Positions 40,928-52,194 of a DNA stretch of 64,000 nucleotides are shown piece after piece (the stretch's first letter is position 1; each line of letters opens with the position of its first letter). The translations under genes were made by a program, and so were the position numbers. The notes under the pieces are model-generated. The model ran no database searches and was not told the origin of the DNA. It was given only the letters and a program-made list of their open reading frames with translations. The DNA is from Longimicrobiales bacterium. Its GTDB lineage: Bacteria; Gemmatimonadota; Gemmatimonadetes; Longimicrobiales; Gaopeijiaceae. The stretch covers positions 1,280,001 to 1,344,000 of the forward strand of contig OZ241892.1 of NCBI GenBank assembly GCA_965203485.1, written 5' to 3'.

Positions 40928-41866
40928 CTATCCGGTCGAGTCCTTCGGCGCCGGGTCGCCCGGCGGCGTCTCCAGTTCGGCGCCGCCGTCTTGGAGCGCT
41001 TCCCGGTCCGGACCGGAGGCGCAGCCCGGCGCGACCAAGGCGCCGATCGAGCCGGCCGTTGCGATGCCCGGGCCCGCCCCCTCCGCGGCAGGCGCCGCGC
41101 CACGGGCGCCGGGAAGCCGCGCGCCCAGCCGCCCCAGCAAGGCCGGCAGCACGGCCAGCGCCGCCAGCAGCGCGCCCGCGAGCAGCACGCGGAGCAACGC
41201 GTCCCTGGACGCTTCTTGCGAGCCCTGCAGGATCGCATCCGCGAAGAAGGTGTAGACGACCGTGCCCGGGACGATGCCGATCGCTGTCGCCGCGGCGTAG
41301 ACCGGCCAACGGAGCGCCGTCAAGCCCGCGCCGAAGTTGAGGACGTTGAACGGCGCCAGCGGAATCAACCGCAACGTGAGCAACCCCAAGAAGCCCCTTT
41401 TCTCGACCGCCGCGTCCAGCCTGCGCAAGGCGGCCGAGTCTTCGCCCGCCAGACGACGCACGCCGTCGCGCCCCAGCGCGCGGGCCACCATGAAGGCCGC
41501 ATTGGCGCCGATGTTCGCCGCAAGCCAGTTGAAGACCGACCCCCAGAACACCCCGAACACGGCGCCGCCCGCCAGCGTGAGCGCCGTGCCGGGCACGGCC
41601 AGCGCCGTGGCGGTCGCATAGGCGGCCACGAAGACCACGGGCGCCCAGGGATTGCCTCGGAGCCACGCGACGGCGGCCGCGATCCCGTCGCGGGTCAGGT
41701 GGTCGCCTGCCGGCGTCATGCGGAGGACGGCGTAGGCGGCGCCGACCAGCACGACGAGCGCTCCCAGCTTGAGAAGCGCCGGCCCGCGGCCCGCATCGGC
41801 CGTTGCGGTCGCCGAACCGCCGGGGACGAGCGGCCGCCGGTCCCCGCGCCTTCCGCCGTTCGTCAC
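40928..41866 (-). CDS. TVP38/TMEM64 (DedA/VTT) family membrane protein
   Basis: PGTALTLAGGAVFG, LRLIPLAPFNVLNFGAGLT, GIVPGT. Confidence 0.9.
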   Translation of the reverse strand: MTNGGRRGDRRPLVPGGSATATADAGRGPALLKLGALVVLVGAAYAVLRMTPAGDHLTRDGIAAAVAWLRGNPWAPVVFVAAYATATALAVPGTALTLAGGAVFGVFWGSVFNWLAANIGANAAFMVARALGRDGVRRLAGEDSAALRRLDAAVEKRGFLGLLTLRLIPLAPFNVLNFGAGLTALRWPVYAAATAIGIVPGTVVYTFFADAILQGSQEASRDALLRVLLAGALLAALAVLPALLGRLGARLPGARGAAPAAEGAGPGIATAGSIGALVAPGCASGPDREALQDGGAELETPPGDPAPKDSTG

Positions 41867-43332
41867 TTCAGCCAGCCCACCAGACGCTTCAGCGCCCGCC
41901 CGGAGCGGCTCTCGAGCTTGGCGCGCATGAACTCGTTCGACACGCGCTTCACGCTCTCGGCCATGGTGGGGTAGGGGAAGATCGTCTGCGCCACCCGCCC
42001 CAGCGGTATCCGGTTCTGGCGCGCCACGAGGATGGGCGCGAGGAGCTCGCCCGCCCCCTTGGCCACGATCGTCGCGCCCAGGATGCGGCCCCTGCGGTCC
42101 GCCGACACCTTCGCGAACCCTGCGGCCGTGCCGTCCGCGACGGCGCGGTCCAGGCCGGCGAGGTCGTACCGGTAGACGGTTCCGCCCGCGGCTTCGGCCT
42201 CCTCGGCGCCCAGTCCCACATGGGCGATTTCGGGATCGGAGTACGTCACGCGCGGCACGGCGTCCCAGTTCGCCTTCGCCTTGAAGGGCAACGCCGCGTT
42301 GCGGAGCGCCGTCTTGGCCATGTGCTCGGCCGCATGCGTGAACTGGGGACCCCCCGTCACGTCGCCCGCGGCCCACACGGTCCCCGCTGTCGTGCGCAGC
42401 CGCGCGTCGACGCGCACGCCGCCCCGCCGCGTCTCGATGCCGGCGGCCTCCAGGCCCAGCCCTCCGATGCGCGGACGGCGGCCCGTCGCCACCAGGATCC
42501 GGTCCGCGGCCAGCTCGCTCTCGGCGCCGCCACGGCGCTCGAGCCCTCGCCGCCCCCCGGCGCCCTCTCCCTTCGTCTCGGCCAGCACGACGATCCTCCG
42601 TCCGTCCTCCGCGCGCCGCACTCGCGCCGCCGTCGTTCCCGCGAGAACGTCGATTCCCTCCGCGGCCAGGACGCCGACCAGGTGCGCCGCCGCGTCCGCG
42701 TCCTCGCCGCCCAGGACCGTCTCCGCCGCCTCCAGGATCGTCACGCGGGTCCCGAGCCGCGAAAACGTCTGCGCCAGCTCCACCCCGACCGGACCGCCCC
42801 CCAGCACGATCAGCGACGCGGGCAGCTCGTTCTGGTCGAAGACCGTCTCGTAGGTCCAGAAGCCCGCATCCTCCAGCCCCGGCACCGGCGGCGACCACGG
42901 CTCGGCTCCCGTTGCGAGCACGAACCGCCTGGAGCGCAGCAGGCCCGCGCCCTCGACTTCCAACGTCGAAGCGTCCCTGAACCGCGCAACGCCGAAGTGC
43001 ACGGCGACTCCCATCTCCCGAAACCGCTCCGGATCGTCGTGCCGGGCCACCGTCGCCCGGGCGGCCCGCATCCGCTCCATCACCGCCTTCAGCCCGTGGC
43101 CGCCCGCCGGCGCCGCCCGCAACCCGAGATCGCCCGCCTCCTCCATCCGGCGCGCCAGCCGGGCCGAGGCGATCAGCGCCTTCGACGGCACGCACCCCGT
43201 CCACAGGCAGTCCCCGCCGAGCCGGTCGCGCTCGACGATGGCCGCCCGCAACCCCAGGTAGGCCGCTCCTGCCGCCGAGACCAGCCCCCCGACGCCCCCG
43301 CCCACCGCGACCAAGTCGTAGACCTGCGTCAA
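41863..43332 (-). CDS. FAD-dependent pyridine nucleotide-disulfide oxidoreductase (MerA/LpdA-like)
   Basis: [39 protein letters not shown]. No MerA C-terminal Cys pair. Confidence 0.92.
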   Translation of the reverse strand: MTQVYDLVAVGGGVGGLVSAAGAAYLGLRAAIVERDRLGGDCLWTGCVPSKALIASARLARRMEEAGDLGLRAAPAGGHGLKAVMERMRAARATVARHDDPERFREMGVAVHFGVARFRDASTLEVEGAGLLRSRRFVLATGAEPWSPPVPGLEDAGFWTYETVFDQNELPASLIVLGGGPVGVELAQTFSRLGTRVTILEAAETVLGGEDADAAAHLVGVLAAEGIDVLAGTTAARVRRAEDGRRIVVLAETKGEGAGGRRGLERRGGAESELAADRILVATGRRPRIGGLGLEAAGIETRRGGVRVDARLRTTAGTVWAAGDVTGGPQFTHAAEHMAKTALRNAALPFKAKANWDAVPRVTYSDPEIAHVGLGAEEAEAAGGTVYRYDLAGLDRAVADGTAAGFAKVSADRRGRILGATIVAKGAGELLAPILVARQNRIPLGRVAQTIFPYPTMAESVKRVSNEFMRAKLESRSGRALKRLVGWLK

Positions 43333-43582
43333 GACGGGTCCGATCTGGCCATGTTCGCGTCCCGCGCCTGGAGATACGTTCGAATGGTTCGGTGCGGCGG
43401 CGGCCCGCCGAGCAACCTCGCAGGCGCCACGTTGCGCATCAATCTGTCCGTCCGCCGGGCCGCGGGCCAGGAGCGGCCGCCTCCGGCTTCGCTCTTCGGC
43501 CCTATTTCGCGTTATATTCGGTTTGTCGCGACCGAGGCCCCACATCAACCCACTGCCCTCGAAGGGAGTCCGCAGCCAGCAC

Positions 43583-44683
<1,101 letters not shown>

Positions 44684-44882
44684 CGAGAGAGGGGCGCCGG
44701 CGGCGGGGGCCGGGGCGGCGGGCAGGGGGCGGCTCGAGACCCGGCGGGGCGCGCTATTCAGACGCTAGGTTCTTGGGGGTGCGCTCGCGGGCAGCCGGTG
44801 GACGGCTCCGCTTCGCGGGTGCGCCCACGCCTTCGCCGCCCGTCGCCCGCTTGCCGCTCCAGCCGGGCCTTCGTCCCCAGCG

Positions 44883-47615
44883 ATGAAATCCACCGAAATC
44901 CGCCAGCGATTCCTGGCCTTCTTCGGCGCACGCGGCCACGAAGCCAGGCCGAGCGGCCCGCTGGTGCCGGCCGGCGACCCGACGCTCCTGTTCACGAACG
45001 CGGGCATGGTGCAGTTCAAGGACGCGTTTCTCGGCGCCGTCCAGTTGCCCTTCCGGCGGGCGGTCACATCCCAGAAGTGCGTGCGCGCCGGCGGGAAGCA
45101 CAACGACCTGGAGGAGGTCGGACGCACGGCCCGGCACCACACCTTCTTCGAGATGCTCGGCAACTTCTCGTTCGGCGACTACTTCAAGCGAGAGGCCATC
45201 GAGTACGCCTGGGAGTTTCTGACCGGCGAGCTGGGCTTGGAGCCGGGACGCTTGTTCGTCACCGTCCACCGCACCGACGACGAGGCCGCCCGGTTGTGGA
45301 CCGAGGTCGCGGGCGTGCCGCCGGAGCGCGTGCACCGCCTGAGCGACGCCGACAACTTCTGGCAGATGGCCGACACGGGGCCGTGCGGTCCCTGCTCCGA
45401 AGTCCATTACGACCTCCGTCCCGCGGCCGGGCGGGGAAGCCCGCCGGGCACCGAGGAGTTCGAACGGCGCGTGACGGCCGGCGAGTTCCTGGAGCTCTGG
45501 AACTTGGTCTTCATGCAGTTCGACCGGGACGAGAGCGGCGCCAAGACGCCCCTGCCCGCACCCAGCATCGACACGGGCGCGGGCCTCGAGCGCCTGTGCG
45601 CGGTGCTGCAGGACGTGGACACGAACTACCACACCGACCTCTTCATGCCCCTGCTGGACGAGGCCGCCCGTGTCGTGGGACGCCCCTACCGCGCCGGGGA
45701 GCCCGACGGCGTCTCGTACCGGGTGCTCGCCGACCATGCCCGCGCGACGGCATTTCTGCTGGCGGACGGAGTGCTTCCGTCGAACGAAGGGCGCGGCTAC
45801 GTGCTCCGCCGCATTCTTCGCCGCGGCGTCCGCCACGCGTGGCTCCTGGGCCGGCGCGAGCCGACGCTCTCCCCGGTCGCCGCAACCGTGATCGAACTCA
45901 TGCAGGAAGCGTATCCGGAACTCGCCGCCCGGCGGGGGCCCGCGCTTGCCGCCGCCGAGTCCGAGGAAGAGCGCTTCCTGGCCACGATCGGCGGCGGGCT
46001 GGAGCGGCTCGACCGGGTGGCCCCGGCGGGCGGGCCCGCGAGCCCTCGGGCCAGGCCGGGCGATCTGGCCCCGGAGGCGCCGGACCGCTCGGTCGTACCC
46101 GGGGCCGAAGTCTTCCGGCTCTACGACACGTTCGGCTTTCCGCCCGATCTGACCCGGTTGCTCGCCGAGGAGCGGGGGTACGACGTGGACATGACGGGGT
46201 TCCAGCGCGAGCTGGACGCGCAACGCGAGCGCTCGAGGGCCGACCGGCGGCGCAAGGGGCCGGGGACGGGCGGGGGAGGTGGAACGGGCGCGGGCGGAGA
46301 ACCGGCGGAGTGGTTGCGGCCGCCGGGCGAAGCGAAGCAGACGTTCGTCGGCTACGAGGAGCTTCGGGTGGAGACGCGGGTGGCGGCGGCGACCGCGGGC
46401 GGAGACGGCGGGGAGATCGTGGGCCTCGTCCTCGAGAGCAATCCGTTCTACGCCGAGGGAGGCGGGCAGGTGTCCGACCGCGGCGCGATCTCGGGCGAAG
46501 GATGGAGGATGGAGGTCGACGCGGTGACGCAGCAGGACGGCGCCGTGGCGGCGTGGGGACGTCCCAGCGGCGACTTTCCGGGCTGCGGCGCGCTGGGAGC
46601 CCGGGCGCTTGCCGAAGTGGACGAGGACGACCGTCGGCGCACGCAACGCAACCACACTGCGACTCATCTTCTCCATGCGGCTCTGAAGCAGTCGCTGGGC
46701 GAGCACGTCGCGCAGCGCGGATCGCGGGTCGAGCCCCGTCGCCTGCGCTTCGACTTCGCCCATTCGGCGCCTCTGAGCGGCGGCGAATTGGCCGAGGTGC
46801 AAGCCGCCGTCAACGATGCCGTCTGGGCCGGCCTTTCCGTGCGCGCGACGGTACGCGACCGGGAAGAGGCCGTGGCCGCGGGCGCGACCGCGCTGTTCGG
46901 CGAGAAGTACGCGGGCCGCGTGCGCGTCGTCGAGGTGCCCGGCGTGAGCATGGAGCTCTGCGGGGGCACGCACGTCCGCAACACGGGCGAGATCGGCCTG
47001 CTGGCGATCACCTCGGAGAGCGGCGTGGCGGCCGGAACGAGGCGCGTCGAAGCCGTGACGGCGGACGCGGCGCACCGGTACTTGGCCAGCTACAAGGGAC
47101 GCATCGAGTCGCTGGCCGCGTCGATGAAGACGCCGGCAGGCGACGTGGAGCGGCGGGTCGCCCAGCTGGTTGCCGAGGTCTCGGAGCTTCGGAGACTCGT
47201 CGAAGCGCAGGCCCGCGACGGCGCGCAGCCGCCCGAAGTGCTGGCCGAGTCTTCGTTTGATGCAGGGGGGCGGGCGGCGGCCTACAAGGGCGTTCGCATG
47301 AGGGTGCGCGGCGCGGGCGAGGTGAGGAGCTGGGGCGACGCGTTCCGGGAGTCCGGCGCGGCGGAGGTCGCGGTGGTCGCGGCCGAGATGCCCGGCGGGA
47401 AGTGGTCGCTGTTCGCGTTCGCCACGCCCCAGGCCGTGGACGCGGGACTGCGGGCGGACGAGGTCGTGCGCGAAGTTGCGGCCGCGGCCGGGGGCCGTGG
47501 CGGCGGCAAGGCGCACCTGGCCCAGGCGGGCGTGGGCGATCCGGGCAAGGTGGACGAGGCGGTGCGGCAGGGTGCGGAGCGGGTACGGCGAATGGCGGCG
47601 GCGGGCGGCGGATGA
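44883..47615 (+). CDS. alaS: Alanine-tRNA ligase
   Basis: LFTNAGMVQFK, HHTFFEMLGNFSFGDYFK, NHTATHLLH, ELCGGTH, GGRGGG. Confidence 0.99.
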   Translation: MKSTEIRQRFLAFFGARGHEARPSGPLVPAGDPTLLFTNAGMVQFKDAFLGAVQLPFRRAVTSQKCVRAGGKHNDLEEVGRTARHHTFFEMLGNFSFGDYFKREAIEYAWEFLTGELGLEPGRLFVTVHRTDDEAARLWTEVAGVPPERVHRLSDADNFWQMADTGPCGPCSEVHYDLRPAAGRGSPPGTEEFERRVTAGEFLELWNLVFMQFDRDESGAKTPLPAPSIDTGAGLERLCAVLQDVDTNYHTDLFMPLLDEAARVVGRPYRAGEPDGVSYRVLADHARATAFLLADGVLPSNEGRGYVLRRILRRGVRHAWLLGRREPTLSPVAATVIELMQEAYPELAARRGPALAAAESEEERFLATIGGGLERLDRVAPAGGPASPRARPGDLAPEAPDRSVVPGAEVFRLYDTFGFPPDLTRLLAEERGYDVDMTGFQRELDAQRERSRADRRRKGPGTGGGGGTGAGGEPAEWLRPPGEAKQTFVGYEELRVETRVAAATAGGDGGEIVGLVLESNPFYAEGGGQVSDRGAISGEGWRMEVDAVTQQDGAVAAWGRPSGDFPGCGALGARALAEVDEDDRRRTQRNHTATHLLHAALKQSLGEHVAQRGSRVEPRRLRFDFAHSAPLSGGELAEVQAAVNDAVWAGLSVRATVRDREEAVAAGATALFGEKYAGRVRVVEVPGVSMELCGGTHVRNTGEIGLLAITSESGVAAGTRRVEAVTADAAHRYLASYKGRIESLAASMKTPAGDVERRVAQLVAEVSELRRLVEAQARDGAQPPEVLAESSFDAGGRAAAYKGVRMRVRGAGEVRSWGDAFRESGAAEVAVVAAEMPGGKWSLFAFATPQAVDAGLRADEVVREVAAAAGGRGGGKAHLAQAGVGDPGKVDEAVRQGAERVRRMAAAGGG

Positions 47616-47959
47616 AGATCGCCGAGTGGGTGGACGCCCAGACGCCCGCCGTGCCGGAGAGCTTCCGGCCGCGCCTGGATGCGGACGGCCCGGCTTCCGC
47701 CGAAGGCTTCGCGGCGGCCGCGGCGGCCGGGCTGAAGGCGGCGCTCGAGTGCGGCCCGGCCGACCGGCGAGGCGCGCACGTGCTCCTGGCCGCGGACGCC
47801 TACGTCACGTGGGCGTGCGCCCTCGCGCTGAGCGAAGAGGACGTGCCGGCTGCGCTGGCCGGAGTTGCGGACGCATTGCGGCAGTGGGAGGAGCGCGACG
47901 GCGCCGAAGACGGCGAGCGCGGTTTCGCGCATTCGGTTGCCGCGCCGGAGCGGCCGTGA
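47612..47959 (+). CDS. Hypothetical protein (115 aa)
   Basis: ATGA-coupled to alaS and GTGA-coupled to the next gene; LLAADAYVTWAC helix. Confidence 0.7.
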   Translation: MKIAEWVDAQTPAVPESFRPRLDADGPASAEGFAAAAAAGLKAALECGPADRRGAHVLLAADAYVTWACALALSEEDVPAALAGVADALRQWEERDGAEDGERGFAHSVAAPERP

Positions 47960-49059
47960 GCGGCGCGAGCGCGGCCGCCGGCTACGGCGATTTCCACAAC
48001 CACCTGGTGCCCGGCGTGGACGACGGCGCGCCGACGATGGCCGACGCGCTCCATTCCGTGGACCGCATGGTCGCCGCCGGCGTGCGCCGAATCGTGGCGA
48101 CTCCCCACCTGCCTGCGTCGCTCGCGCGGACGCGGTTCCGCTTCGAGGCGTTCGCGGGACTCGTCGAAGAGCGCGGGACGGCCTTGCGCGAAGCGGTGGC
48201 CCGGAAGCACCCGGGACTGGACTTTCGCCTCGGCGCCGAACTCCGCCTGGACACGCCCGAGCCGGACGCGTCGGACGCGAGGACGAGGCTGGGCGGCACG
48301 TCGTTCGTCCTGGTGGAGTGGGCGGGCTTTCGGGCGCCGTCGGAGCCGCGGTCCGTGCTCGAGGCGATCGCCGGCCAGGGCTTCCGCCCGGTGGTCGCCC
48401 ACCCCGAACGCTATGCCGGAGTCGACGAGGGCCTGGAATCGGTGCGCGCCTGGAAGGACGCGGGGGCGCTCCTGCAAGGGACCTGGGGATCGCTGGTCGG
48501 CCAGTACGGCTCCAGGGCGCGAATGCTGGTCCGGCGAATGCTGGAGGAAGGACTGCTGGACTACCTTTCGTCGGACTTCCACGGCCGCCCCCAATATGCG
48601 CTTCACGTCGAGAGCGCGGCCGACAAGCTGCGCCGGCTCGGCGGCGGCCGGCAGCTCGACCTGCTGGGCAAGGAGAATCCGGCTCGTCTCTTCTCCGACC
48701 AGGCGCCGATGCCGGTGCCGCCGCTTCCAGCGGAGCGGCCGCTCGCAGGGGCGCCGGACCACGCGGGCGCCGGTCCTGCCGAACGCGTCTTCCCGCGTCG
48801 CCCTGGAGGCGCCGCCGGCCCGCGCGGGCGCAAAGATCCACGCCTTGCACTCGCAACGCAACGTCCGACAGATTCTCGGACAGAATCCACCTATAATCTG
48901 TCGCGGGTCCGACATGCCGGTCCACGCGCCCTCCGGGCAGGCCTGCGAAGCGAAGACGGGGCGGTGACCGCCCTCGCCGCTCCGCCGCCGAAGCGGATTT
49001 CCGGACAGATTCCTCGACAGAATGTCACAGGAATCTGTCAGGGCGGAACAGCCGCCTGA
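47956..49059 (+). CDS. CpsB/CapC family PHP tyrosine phosphatase (3' read-on extension)
   Basis: DFHNHLVPGVDDG, ATPH, GAE, AHPERY, SSDFH. The domain ends near 48740 but the frame continues to 49059. Confidence 0.9.
   Translation: MSGASAAAGYGDFHNHLVPGVDDGAPTMADALHSVDRMVAAGVRRIVATPHLPASLARTRFRFEAFAGLVEERGTALREAVARKHPGLDFRLGAELRLDTPEPDASDARTRLGGTSFVLVEWAGFRAPSEPRSVLEAIAGQGFRPVVAHPERYAGVDEGLESVRAWKDAGALLQGTWGSLVGQYGSRARMLVRRMLEEGLLDYLSSDFHGRPQYALHVESAADKLRRLGGGRQLDLLGKENPARLFSDQAPMPVPPLPAERPLAGAPDHAGAGPAERVFPRRPGGAAGPRGRKDPRLALATQRPTDSRTESTYNLSRVRHAGPRALRAGLRSEDGAVTALAAPPPKRISGQIPRQNVTGICQGGTAA
48867..49039. promoter_or_regulatory. Two 36-bp operator-like elements, the first containing TATAAT, upstream of gmhA
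   Basis: GACAGATT-N4-GACAGAAT-N8-AATCTGTC at 48867-48902 and 49004-49039; TATAAT at 48892-48897. Confidence 0.7.
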
Positions 49060-49076
49060 GCCGGGAGACGAGATTC

Positions 49077-49706
49077 ATGACCGCACTCGCTGTCGAACGC
49101 GCCCCCTCCGGCGAGCAGGATCGTCCCGGCGTGTCGACGGCCGACTTCGTGGCCGCGCGGCTGACCGACCTCGCGGAGCTGGCCCGCGCGGTGGCCGACG
49201 CGCAGGCGGCGGACGTCGCCGAGTACGCGAAGCGGGCGGCCCAGACGGTGGAGGCGGGGGGCAAGCTGTTGTTCTGCGGCAACGGCGGCTCCGCGGCGGA
49301 CGCCCAGCACTTGGCGGCGGAATGCGTCGTGCGCTTGTCGCGCGACCGCCGCGCCCTCCCCGCGTTGGCGCTCACGACCGACACGTCGGTCCTGACGGCG
49401 TGCGCGAACGACTTGGGCTACGAGACGGTCTTCGCGCGCCAAGTGGAAGCGCTGGGCCGGCCCGGCGATCTTCTCGTCCTGCATTCGACGTCCGGGAATT
49501 CGACGAACCTCCTGCGCGCCGTGGACGCGGCGCAGGCCGCGGGCGTCGCCACGGTAGGCGTCCTTGCAGGCGACGGAGGACGGCTTCGTTCCATGGTGGA
49601 CTTGGCAATCGTCGTGGACACCGGCGACCCGGCGCGGGCCCAGGAGATGCACCTCGCCATTGGCCATGTCGTGTGCAGCCACCTGGAGCGAAGGGCGGTC
49701 AAGTGA
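49077..49706 (+). CDS. gmhA: D-sedoheptulose 7-phosphate isomerase
   Basis: CGNGGSAADAQHLAAE, ANDLGYE, STSGNS, QEMH. Confidence 0.93.
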   Translation: MTALAVERAPSGEQDRPGVSTADFVAARLTDLAELARAVADAQAADVAEYAKRAAQTVEAGGKLLFCGNGGSAADAQHLAAECVVRLSRDRRALPALALTTDTSVLTACANDLGYETVFARQVEALGRPGDLLVLHSTSGNSTNLLRAVDAAQAAGVATVGVLAGDGGRLRSMVDLAIVVDTGDPARAQEMHLAIGHVVCSHLERRAVK

Positions 49707-50596
49707 CGACGGAGAGTCGAGACGGGGGGAACCGAGCTGCGCGGATGCATCCGTCGGGCGGCGCGGCGGGAGACGGCGACCGTGCTCCAGGAGGGACATC
49801 GGACCGGGCGGCGCGGGCGCGGAGTTCGGCCGCCGGGACCGAGCTGGGCCTCGCGGGCAAGAGGGCGCTGGTCACGGGCGCATCCAGAGGCGTCGGCGCG
49901 GCGGCCGCGCGCCTGCTGGCCCGCCTGGGCGCCGACGCGGGGCTGTCGTGCCGCACCCGGCTGGGCGATGCGGAGAGGGTCGCCGCAGAAGCGCGAGGGC
50001 TGGGCGTTCGCGCCTGGGCCGAAGCCGGCGACTTGTCGGACCCGGACGCCGTGGACCGCCTGTTCGCCAGGGCGGACGCCGAGTTCGACGGCCTGGACTT
50101 CTTCGTCGGCGCCGCCGGCATCTGGCCCGTCGCCGACGTCCCCCTCGCTGAAATGGGGGCGTCCCGGTGGCGCCGGACGATCGCGGCAAACCTGAACGCC
50201 GTCTTCCACACCACGCGCGAAGCCTTGCGCCGCATGGCGCCCGGCGGCCGCGTGGTGCTGGTGTCGTCCACCGCGTCCCAGCGGGGCGAAGCGGGTCATG
50301 CCGACTACGCGGCCAGCAAGGGCGCCGTCAACGCGCTGGTCAAGAGCGTGTGCGTCGAAGCGGGCAGGCGGGGAATCACGGTCAACGCGGTCGCGCCGGG
50401 CTGGATCGACACCGACATGTCGCGCGACGTGCTGCACAGCGGCGCGCGCGCCGCCATCGAAGCGGCCATTCCGCTCGGCCGCGTCGCAACCGCCACGGAC
50501 GTTGCGGGCACGATCGCGTTCTTGTGCTCTTCCTGGGCGCGCCACGTCACGGGCGAGATCCTCAACGTCAACGGCGGAGCGGTCCTCGCTGGGTGA
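49703..50596 (+). CDS. SDR family oxidoreductase (FabG-like)
   Basis: TGASRGVG, YAASKG, NAVAPGW, TGEILNVNGG. Confidence 0.93.
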   Translation: MTTESRDGGNRAARMHPSGGAAGDGDRAPGGTSDRAARARSSAAGTELGLAGKRALVTGASRGVGAAAARLLARLGADAGLSCRTRLGDAERVAAEARGLGVRAWAEAGDLSDPDAVDRLFARADAEFDGLDFFVGAAGIWPVADVPLAEMGASRWRRTIAANLNAVFHTTREALRRMAPGGRVVLVSSTASQRGEAGHADYAASKGAVNALVKSVCVEAGRRGITVNAVAPGWIDTDMSRDVLHSGARAAIEAAIPLGRVATATDVAGTIAFLCSSWARHVTGEILNVNGGAVLAG

Positions 50597-50916
50597 GACG
50601 CCTGCGCCGCGGGACCGCTCGCGGGCGGGTCCGCGCACCGGAATCCCCGCGCGGACGGGCCGGTTTGGGCGAGCGACCGCGTCAGGTTGCCCTCGCGTGG
50701 TCGGCGGCGCCCTCCAGGCTCCGCGTTCCGGGGTCAATGCCTTGCCCCACGCGCGCGGCGGTGCGCCGCTCGGCGCCGTGGCGGTTCGGTGAGCAACCGG
50801 TCCTGCAGGACCGCATTGCGGTCGGCTGGGCGCCGGGGCGGTTCACCGAACGGCCGCGTGGTTGGACCAAGCGAATCGCCGCGCGTGCACGTCGCGCCGG
50901 GCATGCCGCCAGCTCG

Positions 50917-52194
50917 GTGAGCTTCCGCGTCCGGGCGCCCCGGCCGGTCCGCCGGATCGTCGAACGGCTCGAAGAGGCCGGCTTCGAGACGTGGACGGTC
51001 GGCGGGGCCGTGCGAGACTCGGCGCTGGGCAGGTTGCCGACAGGGCCGATCGTGTGGGACCTGGCCACCGCGGCCCGGCCGGAGCAAGTGCGGGGCCTCT
51101 TCCGCCGCACCGTGCCGCTCGGCGTCGAGTACGGGACCGTCGGCGTGTTCGGCTTCGACGGAATCCTCCACGAAGTGACCACCTTCCGCCGCGACGTGGC
51201 CACGTTCGGCCGCAAGGCCGTGGTGGAGTTCGGCCGCAGCCTCGGCGACGACCTGGCGCGCCGCGACTTCACGATGAACGCCCTGGCTTGGCACCCACTG
51301 CGCCGCGAGCTGCGCGATCCGCACGGCGGCCGCGCCGACATGGAGGCCGGCGTGCTTCGGGCCGTGGGCGACCCGTCCACGCGGTTTCGCGAAGACTACC
51401 TTCGCATTCTCCGCGGCTTTCGCTTCGCCGGCGCCCTGGGCTTGCGCGTCGAGTCCGCCACCTGGGCCGGCATTGTCGAGGCCGTGCCTGGGCTCGCCCA
51501 CCTGTCGATGGAGCGCGTTCGCGAGGAGCTGGCCAAGGCGCTGGCCGGCCCGGCGCCGTCCCGCGCGCTCGCCCTCTACCAAGAGTCGGGCGCGCTGGAA
51601 CAGTTGCTGCCCGAGCTCGACGGCGACGCCGTGCCTGCCGCCCTGGGAGCCGTGGACGCCGCGGCCGACCGTCTCGCCGTCCGCCTGGCCATCCTGCTGC
51701 TCCATGGCTTGGCCGAGCGCTCCAGCCCGGCGAAGACCGCCGCCGAGCTGCTTCGGCGCCTCCGCTTCTCCAAGGCCGAGATCAAGCGCGCATGCGCCGC
51801 GATGGCCGGCGGCCCGGCCCCGCCCGAGAGCATCCGCGCCGGCGCCGTGGCCCGCCGCCGATGGGCCGCTGAAATCGGGCCCACGGGAGTCCGGGACGTC
51901 GCCCGCGTTTGGTTCGCCGGCCTGCGCGCTGGCTCGGAGTCTCCCGGGGCGCTGGAAGTCGTCCGCCGAGTGCGGCGCGACCTCCATGCCGGCGTGCCCA
52001 TGTCGGTGCACGAGCTGGCCATTGGCGGCGGAGATCTCGTGGCGGCCGGCTGGCCCCCAAGCCCCGCCGTCGGACGCGCGCTGTCGCGCCTGCTCGAGGC
52101 CGTTTGGGAGACGCCGTCCGCCAACGAGCCTTCGCGCCTGTTGCGCCTGGCCGCCGACATGCGCCCGGCCTGGCCGGCCAGCCACCGGCGATGA
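50917..52194 (+). CDS. cca: Class II CCA tRNA nucleotidyltransferase / poly(A) polymerase family
   Basis: VGGAVRD, EVTTFR, DLARRDFTMNA, FREDYLRILRGFRF. Start uncertain (in-frame GTG also at 50593). Confidence 0.88.
   Translation: MSFRVRAPRPVRRIVERLEEAGFETWTVGGAVRDSALGRLPTGPIVWDLATAARPEQVRGLFRRTVPLGVEYGTVGVFGFDGILHEVTTFRRDVATFGRKAVVEFGRSLGDDLARRDFTMNALAWHPLRRELRDPHGGRADMEAGVLRAVGDPSTRFREDYLRILRGFRFAGALGLRVESATWAGIVEAVPGLAHLSMERVREELAKALAGPAPSRALALYQESGALEQLLPELDGDAVPAALGAVDAAADRLAVRLAILLLHGLAERSSPAKTAAELLRRLRFSKAEIKRACAAMAGGPAPPESIRAGAVARRRWAAEIGPTGVRDVARVWFAGLRAGSESPGALEVVRRVRRDLHAGVPMSVHELAIGGGDLVAAGWPPSPAVGRALSRLLEAVWETPSANEPSRLLRLAADMRPAWPASHRR

Noticed and set aside
41863..43332. Mercuric reductase merA
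   Set aside because: No C-terminal Cys-Cys, no N-terminal metal-binding domain, no mer genes nearby.
43377..43392. LexA box upstream of recA (GTTCGAATGGTTCG)
   Set aside because: Spacing fits neither GTTC-N7-GTTC nor GAAC-N4-GTTC.
44705..44729. G-quadruplex-like run between recA and alaS
   Set aside because: Four G-tracts are present, but such runs are expected at this GC content; no independent support.
48844..48870. CIRCE (HrcA) element
   Set aside because: Only a partial left half (CTTGCACTC); no matching right half.
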